From contig JBAWFA010000012.1 of NCBI GenBank assembly GCA_049591455.1, positions 71,824 through 135,823 on the forward strand: a stretch of 64,000 nt of DNA, written 5' to 3'. The stretch comes from Gammaproteobacteria bacterium. GTDB taxonomy: Bacteria > Pseudomonadota > Gammaproteobacteria > Natronospirales > REEB76. The notes under the pieces were generated by a model. That model ran no database searches. It was not told the origin of the DNA and worked only from the letters and a program-made list of their open reading frames with translations. Positions 17,470 through 27,780 of the stretch are shown piece after piece; position 1 is the first letter of the stretch, and every line of letters starts with the position of its first letter. The translations under genes were made by a program, and so were the position numbers.

Positions 17470-18456
17470 TCACGGAATCGGCACGGCTTCGAGCAATTCC
17501 TTTGCGGCGGTTACCGACGCGGTGCTCTCATGGGTAGATTTCAGGCGCAGGCGGTGGCCCACGACACCTGGCAGCACTGCCTGCAAGTCCTCGGGAATGA
17601 CACCAGCGCGTCCCATGAGAAGTGCCCAAGCCTGGGCGGCATGCTTGAGGGCGATGGCGGCGCGCGGTGACAGGCCGTTCTCGTAGCGCGGCGCTTCGCG
17701 GGTGTGGCGCACAAGTGCTTGCAGATAGTCCAGCAAGGCATCGGATACGTGCAGTTTGAAAGCGGCCGCGCGCAAGGCCAACAGCTCGGGGGCACTCAAC
17801 ACCGGTTGCAGATCGTGCAGCAGTTCGCGCCGGTCGCGGCCCTGCAATAAATCCCTTTCCGCCAACTCGCCGGGATAACCCAGGCCGATGCGCATGAGGA
17901 AACGGTCAAGTTGAGATTCCGGCAACGGAAAGGTGCCTACCTGATGGAGGGGATTTTGGGTGGCGATGACAAAAAACGGCTGGGGCAGCGGACGGGTTAT
18001 ACCGTCCACCGTCACCTGACGTTCTTCCATGGCTTCCAGCAGGGCGCTCTGGGCCTTGGGTGTGGCGCGGTTCACCTCGTCCGCCAGCACCAGATGCGCG
18101 AAAATAGGGCCTTGGTGGAAGCGGAACTCCCCGCTTTGGCGTTCATAGATGGAGGCGCCGATAATATCCGCCGGCAACAGGTCACTGGTGAACTGGATGC
18201 GCTGGAATGACAGTCCCAGCAGACGTGCCAGGGTTTGAGCCAGAATGGTCTTGCCCACTCCGGGGATGTCTTCGATGAGTAAGTGTCCACCGGTAATCAA
18301 ACACACCAGGCTCAGACGGATCTGCGCCTCCTTGCCGAGGATAACGTGATTGGCTTCGGCAATCACCGCGCTCACCTTTTGCACCAGGCTGCGGGCCGGG
18401 AGTTCGCGGATCGGAATCGGCTGGTCGTTGGGCATGGGCTTCTCCGTGAGGTTCAC
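17470..18456 (-). CDS. MoxR-family AAA+ ATPase
   Basis: Walker A GHLLIEDIPGVGKT, Walker B VLADEVNRA, and MoxR-like length and C-terminus. Confidence 0.9.
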   Translation of the reverse strand: MNLTEKPMPNDQPIPIRELPARSLVQKVSAVIAEANHVILGKEAQIRLSLVCLITGGHLLIEDIPGVGKTILAQTLARLLGLSFQRIQFTSDLLPADIIGASIYERQSGEFRFHQGPIFAHLVLADEVNRATPKAQSALLEAMEERQVTVDGITRPLPQPFFVIATQNPLHQVGTFPLPESQLDRFLMRIGLGYPGELAERDLLQGRDRRELLHDLQPVLSAPELLALRAAAFKLHVSDALLDYLQALVRHTREAPRYENGLSPRAAIALKHAAQAWALLMGRAGVIPEDLQAVLPGVVGHRLRLKSTHESTASVTAAKELLEAVPIP

Positions 18457-18520
18457 ATTATGCTAAAACCGGGAAGCCGTCCATAACACAATCAAAGTGG
18501 CTGAAGATTTGGAGGTTATT

Positions 18521-18991
18521 GTGAATACTCCGGGCAAATATTTTTCGGGCATGGTGCTGGCGGCTCTATTAGTCGGTTGCCAAAGCGGCCACAACGCAGA
18601 CGTCGCTTCCACCCAATCCCTCATCCGTACCGATAACGCTTTTTCCGCACTCTCCGCGCAACAGGGGTTTGCGACTGCCTTCCGACGCTATGCACTGGAT
18701 GACGCCATCTTGTTACCGGAGAACCGCGCGGCGCTCCAGAACAGGAATACGATTGAACAGAGCTTGCAGAATCTGCCTGCCAGCACCAAATTGAGCTGGA
18801 CGCTCCAGCACGCGGACGCTTCCGGCGATCTGGGTTACACCTGGGGCATATACACGCTTATCGGTAGCAACACCGCCGCCCAGACCATGATGGCTTACGG
18901 CAAATACCTCTCCGTATGGAAGAAACAGTCCGGCGACTGGAAACTCAGCGTGATGATGACCAACCAATCACCGGGTCCGATGGGTGGATGA
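18521..18991 (+). CDS. Lipoprotein, NTF2-like/DUF4440-like
   Basis: The GTG at 18521 follows GGAGG. Lipobox LLVGC. The C-terminal YGKYLSVWKKQSGDWKL pattern is typical of SnoaL/DUF4440 folds. Confidence 0.6.
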   Translation: MNTPGKYFSGMVLAALLVGCQSGHNADVASTQSLIRTDNAFSALSAQQGFATAFRRYALDDAILLPENRAALQNRNTIEQSLQNLPASTKLSWTLQHADASGDLGYTWGIYTLIGSNTAAQTMMAYGKYLSVWKKQSGDWKLSVMMTNQSPGPMGG

Positions 18992-19126
18992 ATTCAGCTG
19001 CCTTGATGCCAGGAATGTCAGGATTCAATCAGAAATAAATCAGGCGCGTTTTAGAAGATTGGAAACGAGCTATGCCGGTAAGTGGCTACAATTCACCGTA
19101 CCCGTGTATGTGGCGGGTTAGCGGCA

Positions 19127-19615
19127 ATGAGAAATGACATGCAAAACATGCGGCATACTCCACTGGCAGCCGTCTTGTCCGGCGGGTTGATTGCCGGCAC
19201 CATAGACATCGGCGCTGCTTCCTTGATCAACTGGATCAGCCCGGTCATCATCCTGCATGCCATCGCCAGTGGGATTCTTGGGAAAGCCTCCTTTAATGAA
19301 GGGTTACCTGCCGCGCTGTTAGGGCTTGGATTGCAATGGGCAATGGCATTGCTAATCGCCACAATCTACCGGGTCGGTACTTATAAACTCACATGGGCGA
19401 GACAGCACTGGGTTCCTGCCGGTGTGATCTATGGCGTGGGGATTTTTATTGTCATGAATTACGTGGTCGTGCCGTTGTCGGCCGCTCCATTCAAGATGCA
19501 CTTCAATATCCAGAAGATTGGCGAGAATCTTCTGGCAATGATTCTTTTTGGTTTAATCGTCGCTTTTTTCTCACGAAGCGCGAGTAACGGGACGGCCACA
19601 CAGCCAGTCGCGTGA
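19127..19615 (+). CDS. Integral membrane protein, unknown function
   Basis: Four or five hydrophobic helices. The start is ambiguous among three nearby ATGs. Confidence 0.5.
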   Translation: MRNDMQNMRHTPLAAVLSGGLIAGTIDIGAASLINWISPVIILHAIASGILGKASFNEGLPAALLGLGLQWAMALLIATIYRVGTYKLTWARQHWVPAGVIYGVGIFIVMNYVVVPLSAAPFKMHFNIQKIGENLLAMILFGLIVAFFSRSASNGTATQPVA

Positions 19616-19716
19616 TATTCCCGTTACTACAAAAGCTATTCAGCTATGGAATTGCCGTCAGGTGATGGAGGGCTGATGGCAATGAGCGGCGTCTGGCACC
19701 TAACCATCGGCCTGCC

Positions 19717-21162
19717 TCACAGAATCGGCGCAAACAAGCGTGCCACGTGCATCAGCAGACGGTGTCCAAGTGTCGCGTGTTCGTATTCCCCGGGTTTGAC
19801 AAGTCGTGCTTCTTTGAAATCCTTTTGCAACATCTCCGTCACCCGGGCTGCGAAGTGCCGGTCCACGGTCAGAACTGTGATCTCGAAATTCAACCGGAAG
19901 GAACGATTATCGAGGTTGGCGCTGCCGACCGCGGCGGCGTCATCGTCAATCAGCAACACTTTCTGGTGCAGGAAACCGGGCTTGTAGCGGTACACTTTGA
20001 TGCCGGCGCGCACAGCCTCATTGGCATACGAGGATGAGGCGTTGAACACGATGAAGTGATCGGGACGGCTGGGAATCAGTATGCGCACGTCCACGCCACG
20101 GAGCACGGCTAGCTTGAGCGCGGCGAACACCGCCTCATCAGGCACCAGATAGGGCGTCGTGATCCACAGTTTCGTGTGTGCTGAGTTTATGGCCTGCACG
20201 AAGAACAGTGCGCAGGTTTCCTGTTCGTCCGCCGGGCCGCTGGGCACCACTTGGCAGTGCATGTTGGCGGTATGTGATGCGGGCTGCCAGCGCAGTTCCG
20301 GCAACTGACCGTTTACCCAGTACCAATCCTCTACGAACGCCAGCTGGATGCCGGTTACCGCCGGACCAGCCACTTTGATGTGCGTGTCCCGCCAAGGGCT
20401 GAGCGGCGGTTTGAGCCCCAGATACTCGTCGCTTACGTTGTGCCCGCCCACGAAGGCCCACTCACCGTCGACCACCACGATCTTGCGGTGGTTGCGGAAA
20501 TTCAACTGGTAGCGGTTGGTGAGTCTGCGCCCTCGGGTGACAAACTCCTGCGTCTGCACGCCTTTGACACATAGTTCATTCAGATAACTTGCAGGTAAAT
20601 CATGACTTCCGATACCGTCGTAAAGAAAATACACTGGTACGTCTTCGGCAGCCTTGGCTATGAGTGCTGATCGCAGTCTCCGGCCGAGACCGTCGTCTGC
20701 CACTATGAAAAATTGCACTATCACATAGTGTTTAGCGGCGGCGATGGCTTTGAAAATGGCATCAAATGTCTGTTCACCGTTGATCAGCAGTTCTACCTGG
20801 TTGCCACGCGAGAAAGGCAAGCCGGTAAGCGCGGTCAAGGCCCGGATTCCAGTCAGACCGTGACCCAACTGTATCTCGACCTCGGTTCGTGCTCTTTCGG
20901 TCTGCCGGAACGCACGGGCATGCTCGCGAAACTGACGGTTGCGTGCGCGGCGTGTTTCGACGTAGCCGGCGAACTTGCTGCGTCCGAAAATCAGATAAGG
21001 GATGAGTGCCAAATACGGCATGAATACCAGCGACACGGCCCAGGCGATGGCTCCCTGGGAAGTGCGTGCCGTGAGCGCGGCATGCGCCGCCGCCATCAGG
21101 CCGAGCACATGGATGAGCACGATGCCGGAACCGATCAGCAAATGGAGAGCATAGCTGTTCAT
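19717..21162 (-). CDS. cls: Cardiolipin synthase (PLD superfamily)
   Basis: Two HKD motifs (HRKIVVVDGEWAFVGGHNVSDEY and HQKVLLIDDDAAAVGSANLDNRS) and two N-terminal TM helices. Confidence 0.9.
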   Translation of the reverse strand: MNSYALHLLIGSGIVLIHVLGLMAAAHAALTARTSQGAIAWAVSLVFMPYLALIPYLIFGRSKFAGYVETRRARNRQFREHARAFRQTERARTEVEIQLGHGLTGIRALTALTGLPFSRGNQVELLINGEQTFDAIFKAIAAAKHYVIVQFFIVADDGLGRRLRSALIAKAAEDVPVYFLYDGIGSHDLPASYLNELCVKGVQTQEFVTRGRRLTNRYQLNFRNHRKIVVVDGEWAFVGGHNVSDEYLGLKPPLSPWRDTHIKVAGPAVTGIQLAFVEDWYWVNGQLPELRWQPASHTANMHCQVVPSGPADEQETCALFFVQAINSAHTKLWITTPYLVPDEAVFAALKLAVLRGVDVRILIPSRPDHFIVFNASSSYANEAVRAGIKVYRYKPGFLHQKVLLIDDDAAAVGSANLDNRSFRLNFEITVLTVDRHFAARVTEMLQKDFKEARLVKPGEYEHATLGHRLLMHVARLFAPIL

Positions 21163-21203
21163 TCAGAGCAAATCTCCCCAATGCGGGTTGCAATTGTCTG
21201 TCA

Positions 21204-24122
21204 TCACTCCGCTGCGCGCAGGCGGGTGATTTGGTCCTGCATCCGTGCGATTGCGCTTTTCAGTTCCGTGATTCTGGCACGTACCCCCGCGGTCACTTCG
21301 GCGGGTGCGCCGTTCACGAATGCGGCGTTTTCAAGCTTTGCCGCGGTGCGCGCATATTCCTGGTGCAATTTATCCAACTGCTTTTCGAGTCTTGCTAATT
21401 CTGCAGGCACATCAATCAGGCCATTCAGCGGGATCATGAGTGTCGCCCGATCCAGTACCGCGACGGCGGCGGGCGGCGCGAGTTCTCCGGGTTCAAGCAC
21501 ACGCAGCGAATCCAGCCGCGCCAGGAATTTCAGCGAAGCTTCCAGGCGCGGCCAACATTGCGGGTCGGTGCCCTTGTCTTCAATCAGCAGTGGCACGTTC
21601 AGGGATGGCGACAGGTTCATCTCGCTGCGAATGCTGCGGATCTGAATCACGGCTGCGATCAAGTACTCGATGTCTGTCGTCGCGGTGGAATCGGCCAGGC
21701 TGACGAATTCCGGGTAGTCCTCCAGCGATATGGTTTTGCCCTGTTTACAGAGTTTCGGTGCCACCTGATGCCAGAGTTCTTCGGTGATGAAAGGAATAAT
21801 GGGATGTAGTGCGCGCAGCAACGTCTCGAGAACATACAGCAGTGTATGGCGCGTGGAATCCGCAGCTTCGCGGTCGTTGCCGTTCAGCGCGGGCTTGGAA
21901 AGTTCCAGGAACCAGTCACACAAATTATTCCAAGTGAATTCATAAAGGTCTTGAGCCAGAAGGTCAAAGCGGTACGTTTGATAGTGACCTTCAATGGCTA
22001 TTAGCAGGTTTTCGAGCTTGTTGTAGATCCATTTCTCAGCAGAAGTATTCAAGGGCGGAGTACCGCTCGCGCTGAAATTCTCGCAATTCATCAGTACGAA
22101 ACGTGTGGCGTTCCAGAGTTTGGTGCAGAAGTTGCGGTAGCCTTCGCAGCGCTTGAGATCGAAGTTTATGGTGCGACTGTAACCGGCGAGCGCCGCGAAG
22201 GTGAAGCGCAGCGCGTCGGCACCCACCGCAGGAATACCCTGGGGATAATCCTTGCGGATGCGTTTTGCCACTTTCTCGCGCACCTGTGGAATCAGCAGCG
22301 ACGCGGTTGATTTTTTCACCAGCGCGTCCAAACCGATGCCGTCTATCAGGTCAAGCGGGTCCAGAGTGTTGCCCTTGGACTTGGACATCTTCTGACCTTC
22401 GGCGTCGCGCACGATGGCGTTGATATACACCTCACGGAAGGGTACTCGTCCGGTGAAATACTTGGTGGCCATGACCATGCGCGCCACCCAGAAAAAAATG
22501 ATGTCGAAGCCCGTGACCAGCACCGAGGAGGGCAGGAAAATCTGATCCTGCTGCCAGTTGGCGACGATCTCGCCGTGCGCGTTTTTCACCGGGCCGTCCG
22601 CGGGCCACCCGAGAGTTGAGAATGGCCACAGGGCCGAGCTGAACCAGGTGTCCAGCACGTCCCAATCTTGAAGTAAGTCACCAATCGGTTGCTTTGTGCT
22701 GTGCGCGATCGCGTCTTCTTTTGTTTCACCAACAAAAACATTGTGAGCCTCGTCATACCAAGCGGGAATACGATGGCCCCACCAGAGCTGGCGGCTCACG
22801 CACCAGTCCTGGATGTTTTCTAGCCATTGGATATAAGTGGCTGCCCAGTTTTCCGGCACGAATTTAATCTCGCCACTGCGTACCGCGTTCAGCGCAGGAT
22901 CGGTGATGGCTTTGCGGCCTTTCTCACTGGTCAGGTCCAAAAACCATTGATCGGTCAGCATGGGCTCGATGATGGCATCGGAGCGTTGGCTGATGGGCAG
23001 AATGAGCTTGTGCTTTTTTGTGTCGACCAGTAATCTTTTGGTATTGAGGTCAGCAATAATTTGCTTGCGCGCAGCGAAACGATCGAGTCCACGATAAACG
23101 GCTGGGATGTCATCAACCGAGAATTTTGGATATGGGCGATGAATTAAAGTGCCGCCAGTTTCTAACGGCGCATAATAATCATGTTCTTTTTGTTCCCAGG
23201 TTAGACTTCCGCCGGGTAGCCCAATTACCTTAGCATCGAGAGTGAAAATACTGAAGTAAGGTAGGTCATGTCTACGAGCAAGTTTGTCGTCATTAAAATC
23301 ATGAGCCGGCGTGATTTTTACTGCGCCGGTGCCGAATTCCCTGTCCACGTATTCGTCTGCGACGACAGGAATCTCGCGGCCGGTGAGCGGTAGCTTGAGT
23401 TTTTTGCCGATAAGTTTTTTGTAGCGTTTATCGTCGGGATGTACGGCGACCGCCACGTCGCCCAATATGGTTTCGGGCCGTGTGGTGGCGACCACCACGC
23501 CGTCGCCGCCATCAGCGGCCGGGTAGCGGATAAACCAGAGATGGCCGTCGCGCTCCTCGTTGTTGACTTCAAGATCGGACACGGCGGTTTGCAGCACCGG
23601 ATCCCAGTGCACCAGCCGCTTGCCGCGGTACAGCAGGCCGGCGCGGTACCAGTCAACAAACACCTTGCGTACCGCAGCGGACAATCCCGCGTCCATGGTG
23701 AAGCGTTCACGCGACCAGTCAATGGAGGCGCCGAGTCGTCGCATCTGGCGACTTATGCTGGAACCGGATTCCTGTTTCCAGGTCCACACGCGCTCGATGA
23801 ATTTCTCGCGGCCAAGGTCTTGACGGGTTTTGTGTTCCTCAGCTAACTGGTTCTCGACCATCTTCTGGGTGGCGATGCCGGCGTGATCCGTGCCACCCTG
23901 CCACAGCACGTGTTCGCCGCGCATGCGGTGGTAGCGGACGAGCGCGTCCATAAGAGTTTGCTGGAAAGCATGACCCATGTGCAGGGTGCCGGTGACATTG
24001 GGCGGCGGCAACAGGATGCAGTAGGGCGTGCCATTGCCCTGTGGGGCGAAGCTGCCGCTTTTTTCCCAATGCTCGTACCAGCGGTGTTCTATGGCTTTGG
24101 GGTCGTAGGTTTTATCTATCAT
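21204..24122 (-). CDS. valS: Valyl-tRNA synthetase
   Basis: PPPNVTGTLHMGHAF, KMSKSKGN and a C-terminal coiled coil. The start is set at MIDKTYDPK (ATG 24122). Confidence 0.95.
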   Translation of the reverse strand: MIDKTYDPKAIEHRWYEHWEKSGSFAPQGNGTPYCILLPPPNVTGTLHMGHAFQQTLMDALVRYHRMRGEHVLWQGGTDHAGIATQKMVENQLAEEHKTRQDLGREKFIERVWTWKQESGSSISRQMRRLGASIDWSRERFTMDAGLSAAVRKVFVDWYRAGLLYRGKRLVHWDPVLQTAVSDLEVNNEERDGHLWFIRYPAADGGDGVVVATTRPETILGDVAVAVHPDDKRYKKLIGKKLKLPLTGREIPVVADEYVDREFGTGAVKITPAHDFNDDKLARRHDLPYFSIFTLDAKVIGLPGGSLTWEQKEHDYYAPLETGGTLIHRPYPKFSVDDIPAVYRGLDRFAARKQIIADLNTKRLLVDTKKHKLILPISQRSDAIIEPMLTDQWFLDLTSEKGRKAITDPALNAVRSGEIKFVPENWAATYIQWLENIQDWCVSRQLWWGHRIPAWYDEAHNVFVGETKEDAIAHSTKQPIGDLLQDWDVLDTWFSSALWPFSTLGWPADGPVKNAHGEIVANWQQDQIFLPSSVLVTGFDIIFFWVARMVMATKYFTGRVPFREVYINAIVRDAEGQKMSKSKGNTLDPLDLIDGIGLDALVKKSTASLLIPQVREKVAKRIRKDYPQGIPAVGADALRFTFAALAGYSRTINFDLKRCEGYRNFCTKLWNATRFVLMNCENFSASGTPPLNTSAEKWIYNKLENLLIAIEGHYQTYRFDLLAQDLYEFTWNNLCDWFLELSKPALNGNDREAADSTRHTLLYVLETLLRALHPIIPFITEELWHQVAPKLCKQGKTISLEDYPEFVSLADSTATTDIEYLIAAVIQIRSIRSEMNLSPSLNVPLLIEDKGTDPQCWPRLEASLKFLARLDSLRVLEPGELAPPAAVAVLDRATLMIPLNGLIDVPAELARLEKQLDKLHQEYARTAAKLENAAFVNGAPAEVTAGVRARITELKSAIARMQDQITRLRAAE

Positions 24123-24201
24123 TTTTATATGTGACAACGTCATGCGCCTCGCGCACGAGGCACGCATGATTATAACAGCGGGTTCAGGCTGAACCGGACG
24201 G

Positions 24202-24528
24202 TCAACCGCTGTGGCCGTTTTCCTTGAGCGCGGTGGCGACGATGGCGGGTATTTCCTTACGCAGTTTTTCCCAGATCTTGTCCATGAGCAGATCCTGGAT
24301 GTCCGCTGAAGCCTCGCGTAACAGCCGGTCGGTCAGGGCGGCGATGCGCTCCGTGAGCATGTGTTCCAGGATGTCATGGGAGATGACCGGGGCCGCGGGT
24401 TTCGGTGCCGACGGCACCGTTGCCCGGGATTTCGGCGGCACGGGATTGCCGTCGCCGGGTGTTACCACATCTTGCAGTACGGGAATGTCCAGCGGTGGGG
24501 GAGTATCAAATGGGCGAATGGGTGGCAT
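24202..24528 (-). CDS. Small conserved-position hypothetical protein (Pro-rich N-terminus, helical C-terminus)
   Basis: 108-aa ORF starting 8 nt after the holC stop and co-oriented with holC and valS. No family recognised. Confidence 0.45.
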   Translation of the reverse strand: MPPIRPFDTPPPLDIPVLQDVVTPGDGNPVPPKSRATVPSAPKPAAPVISHDILEHMLTERIAALTDRLLREASADIQDLLMDKIWEKLRKEIPAIVATALKENGHSG

Positions 24529-24536
24529 GAAGGCAC

Positions 24537-24956
24537 TCAGAGTTTGTGGGTTTCCAGAGGATAGCCCCGATCCTTGTAGAAGCGGAAGCGCTCCCGGCCC
24601 TGCTCGCGTAGGCGGGCATCATTGTCCACCACCTCCGCCACCCGCTCAAAGCGGCTGAAGAAGCGCGGCACCTCGGCCGACAGATTGATGAGCAGATGAA
24701 ATTCCTCCCCCGGTTCCTGGCCGAAACCCAGATGCACCGGTACCGGCGCGTTTTCATCAACCAGGCAGTGAGGCAGAAAACTGCGGTCGCGAAACGTCCA
24801 CATGAGCGCGTCCAGTTCCCGCGCCTCGGCTTCCGAAGGCAGGTGCACGAAGCTGCGATGACCCAATCCGTAGGCTTTTTCCGCCAGCTTGCAGGCGAAC
24901 AATGCGCGGCCACGCGGTGTAGTTTCCGGAAGGATGTAGAAATCAACTTGCGTCAT
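24537..24956 (-). CDS. holC: DNA polymerase III subunit chi
   Basis: N-terminus MTQVDFYILPE...RALFACKLAEKAY and LMWTFRDRSFLPH, about 140 aa long, with pepA/valS neighbours. Confidence 0.85.
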   Translation of the reverse strand: MTQVDFYILPETTPRGRALFACKLAEKAYGLGHRSFVHLPSEAEARELDALMWTFRDRSFLPHCLVDENAPVPVHLGFGQEPGEEFHLLINLSAEVPRFFSRFERVAEVVDNDARLREQGRERFRFYKDRGYPLETHKL

Positions 24957-25144
24957 GTTGCTATCTTACCGCATCAAATTGTGAGGTCCGAAAATAGCCA
25001 GCGATCCGTAGCACGAAGACTATAGTTGAAACGAAACCGGTTTCCGCCGCATGCATCATGCACGCGACGATGGGTTCTTTGTTGGCTATTCCGGCCGCGC
25101 ACCGCTGCGCGCGAACGCGGCCGGGCTATATGGAGGATACGGCA

Positions 25145-26446
25145 ATGAAAAGTGTATTTGTTCGTTGGGTGGCCATAACTGTGGCTGTAGTGATTGGTGG
25201 TCTTGCTTATGGCAGTGCGCAAGCGTCAGCGCCGAGGTTGCCACAGTATCTGGTCGTTAATCTCGGTAACCCAAATGGAGGGATCCCCAATAACGGTGAA
25301 ATTAGCCAGGGCAGCAGCATTACCAATAGTGGCTGGATTGCCGGATTTGCAACCGAACCGAATGGGGTCTTCCATGCGGAGGCGTGGGTGTATGGGTTTC
25401 CCCTGGATTTGGGTACGCTTGGCGGGCCGAGCCAACCTGCATTGAACAGCGCAGTCGCCTGGCCGAACCGCAACGAACACGGTGTGGTTGCGGGAATCTC
25501 GGAGACTGCAGCGGTAAACCCGTTGAACGAGAATTGGAGCTGTTCACAAGCAGTTTTCAACAATGCGATTCCAAATGGAGTGGGTCAGCACGTCTGCCTA
25601 GGGTTTGTATGGCAGAACGGCGCAATGAGTGCGTTGCCCACGCTCGGCGGCTATGACGGTTTTGCCACGGGGATAAACAACCATGACCAGATCGTCGGCT
25701 GGGCAGAAAATACCATTCACGATCGGACTTGCAGCAACGCCAACGGCCAGTCGCCAGGCGGCCAGGTACTCCAGTTCGAGGCGGTTAAGTGGAGCAACGA
25801 AAACGGTCACTACGTGGCGGAAGAATTGCCGCCGTATGGCAACGATCAGGACGGCTCCGCCACTGCGATCAATGAGGAAGGTCAGGTCGTGGGAATTTCC
25901 GGTCTTTGTGGCGGCGCTATCGGAGGAGAAACCGCCGAGCACATGGTCATGTGGCAGGATGACCATGTGGTGCAGAAATTGCCGGGATTGGGTGGGTCAT
26001 ATTGGAACACACCCATGGACATTAATAATCGCGGTGATGTGGTGGGCTTTGCCGATCTTCCGGGCGATGGCGTTGGCAACCCCAGTTTCCAACCATTCTA
26101 TTGGTCACAAAGGGCCTTCGTCTGCCAGCAAGGCCAAAGACCTAAAGCGGGTATCTGTAACTTGACACCCGGCGTAACCGGGTTCTCAGGCGAGGCTTTG
26201 GGCGTCAACGACCGGGATCAGGTAGTAGGGGTATCCTTCGTGACGGGTCATGCCTTTATATGGCAAGACGGTTTCATGACTGATCTCAACACTTGTGTGG
26301 CGTCGGGAAGCGCCAATCTGGTTTTAACCGATGCTCAGGAAATCAATGACGTCGGCGTGATTACCGGCCAGGCTTCCGATCCTGCCACTGGCACACTGGT
26401 GGCGTTTGTGGCTATTCCCGTAGGCGGTACCTGTCCGACCAATTAA
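25145..26446 (+). CDS. Secreted HAF-family repeat protein
   Basis: Signal peptide MKSVFVRWVAITVAVVIGGLAYGSAQA. Repeats of the type LGTLGG...INNHDQIVGWA / INEEGQVVGIS / INNRGDVVGFA / VNDRDQVVGVS...HAFIW. Confidence 0.7.
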   Translation: MKSVFVRWVAITVAVVIGGLAYGSAQASAPRLPQYLVVNLGNPNGGIPNNGEISQGSSITNSGWIAGFATEPNGVFHAEAWVYGFPLDLGTLGGPSQPALNSAVAWPNRNEHGVVAGISETAAVNPLNENWSCSQAVFNNAIPNGVGQHVCLGFVWQNGAMSALPTLGGYDGFATGINNHDQIVGWAENTIHDRTCSNANGQSPGGQVLQFEAVKWSNENGHYVAEELPPYGNDQDGSATAINEEGQVVGISGLCGGAIGGETAEHMVMWQDDHVVQKLPGLGGSYWNTPMDINNRGDVVGFADLPGDGVGNPSFQPFYWSQRAFVCQQGQRPKAGICNLTPGVTGFSGEALGVNDRDQVVGVSFVTGHAFIWQDGFMTDLNTCVASGSANLVLTDAQEINDVGVITGQASDPATGTLVAFVAIPVGGTCPTN

Positions 26447-26956
26447 GGTAACAACGCATTGGGGCAACGTGAGGGCAGGGCTTTCCTGCCCTCGCGGTTA
26501 CCGGGCGAAGTGATCATATTTGCAGATGGCTATTCGCAGTAGCACTTCTGATCCCTGCGCCATGATGGGTGAGCAGCGCAGCAGAATGTCTGCGTAAGAT
26601 GGATAGCGCCAACGATGAGCCAACAAGAGCAGAGATCTGTCTGATGCCTGCAGGTGCAATAAAGATAAGCGAAATTTCAGAAATTATTCATATTGGGTCG
26701 TATGAAGTCGGCTATAACTTAGAACTGCAACTTAAAGAACCTCTGATCGATTCCATATGGACTGCGCTGTTAGTTTCCTGGGCACTGAGCGGTCGAGCCC
26801 GGATCATCGCCAAGCCCCATTGGGTTGTCCCGTGGTTCAAGCCACCTTGGCTAGGATCGAAACTGGCCGCTCAAGACCATAACCGTGCAACTTCGTCGCA
26901 AGCCTGAGAGGTCCTGACTTCGCCGGCTTTTTGACGCACATGAGAGAAGAAAGTAT

Positions 26957-27769
26957 ATGAAAGACCTATCACAGTTTGGCCGTGTTCTGTTCATCTTTGC
27001 CATCGGCGCACTAGGCGTGCAAGCTTTTATCTGTTCTGCGGTCATCTATGAACTCGAGCCCGTACCTTCCTGGATTCACGCACAAGTAATTTTGGCGAAT
27101 CTGACCGGTTTTTTTCTCGTGGCTGTCAGCATTGGAATGGCTATCAACAAACTGACTCGCCTGGCAGCTATCTCATTGGGCGTGATGTTACTGCTTTGGG
27201 TACTGCTTCTTCACTTGCCATTGTTGGTGCCTCATCCGGCCCCGGACTTGTCATTTGCATTTGAGACGCTGGCTTTATCCAGTGTGTCCTGGACTTTGGC
27301 GACAGACGCGTCACCGGATACGAACGCAATGACACGCTGGAACGCCGCAATCCAGCATCTAGCCAACCTCGGCCGGTACGGCTTTGGGATTTCGCTGCTC
27401 GCGTTCTGCGCCGTAAATTTCATCTATCACGATTTTATCGCTGGCATGATTCCAGCCTGGATTCCCGCGCATCAGTTTTGGGCATACTTCACTGGCATCG
27501 CCTCGCTTGCCGCTGGCATAAGTATCCTCACCGGGGTACAGGCTCGACTAGCTCTCATCTTGCTCGGAATCATGTATGGTTCCTGGGTGCTGGTTATCCA
27601 TATTCCCTACGTCGCCACGCATCCACATGAAAGGGGCATGTGGACCGATATGTTCATCACCCTGGCCCTGTCTGGCGGCGCCTGGTTCCTGGCTGGCAGC
27701 GTGCCCGTTGACAAGTCGGTCACTTGGCTTTTGCGAGGTTTGTTGATACGAATCAGAGCTAAGCCATAG
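26957..27769 (+). CDS. Integral membrane protein (about 8 TM), unknown function
   Basis: Hydrophobic throughout. The ATG follows GAGAGAAGAAAG. No secure family call. Confidence 0.55.
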   Translation: MKDLSQFGRVLFIFAIGALGVQAFICSAVIYELEPVPSWIHAQVILANLTGFFLVAVSIGMAINKLTRLAAISLGVMLLLWVLLLHLPLLVPHPAPDLSFAFETLALSSVSWTLATDASPDTNAMTRWNAAIQHLANLGRYGFGISLLAFCAVNFIYHDFIAGMIPAWIPAHQFWAYFTGIASLAAGISILTGVQARLALILLGIMYGSWVLVIHIPYVATHPHERGMWTDMFITLALSGGAWFLAGSVPVDKSVTWLLRGLLIRIRAKP

Positions 27770-27780
27770 AGGAAGCAAGC

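Noticed and set aside
26569-26907. 112-aa GTG-initiated ORF treated as a gene
   Set aside because: It has no SD sequence and no recognisable domain, and its composition is mixed. It is kept only as part of an unexplained-region finding.
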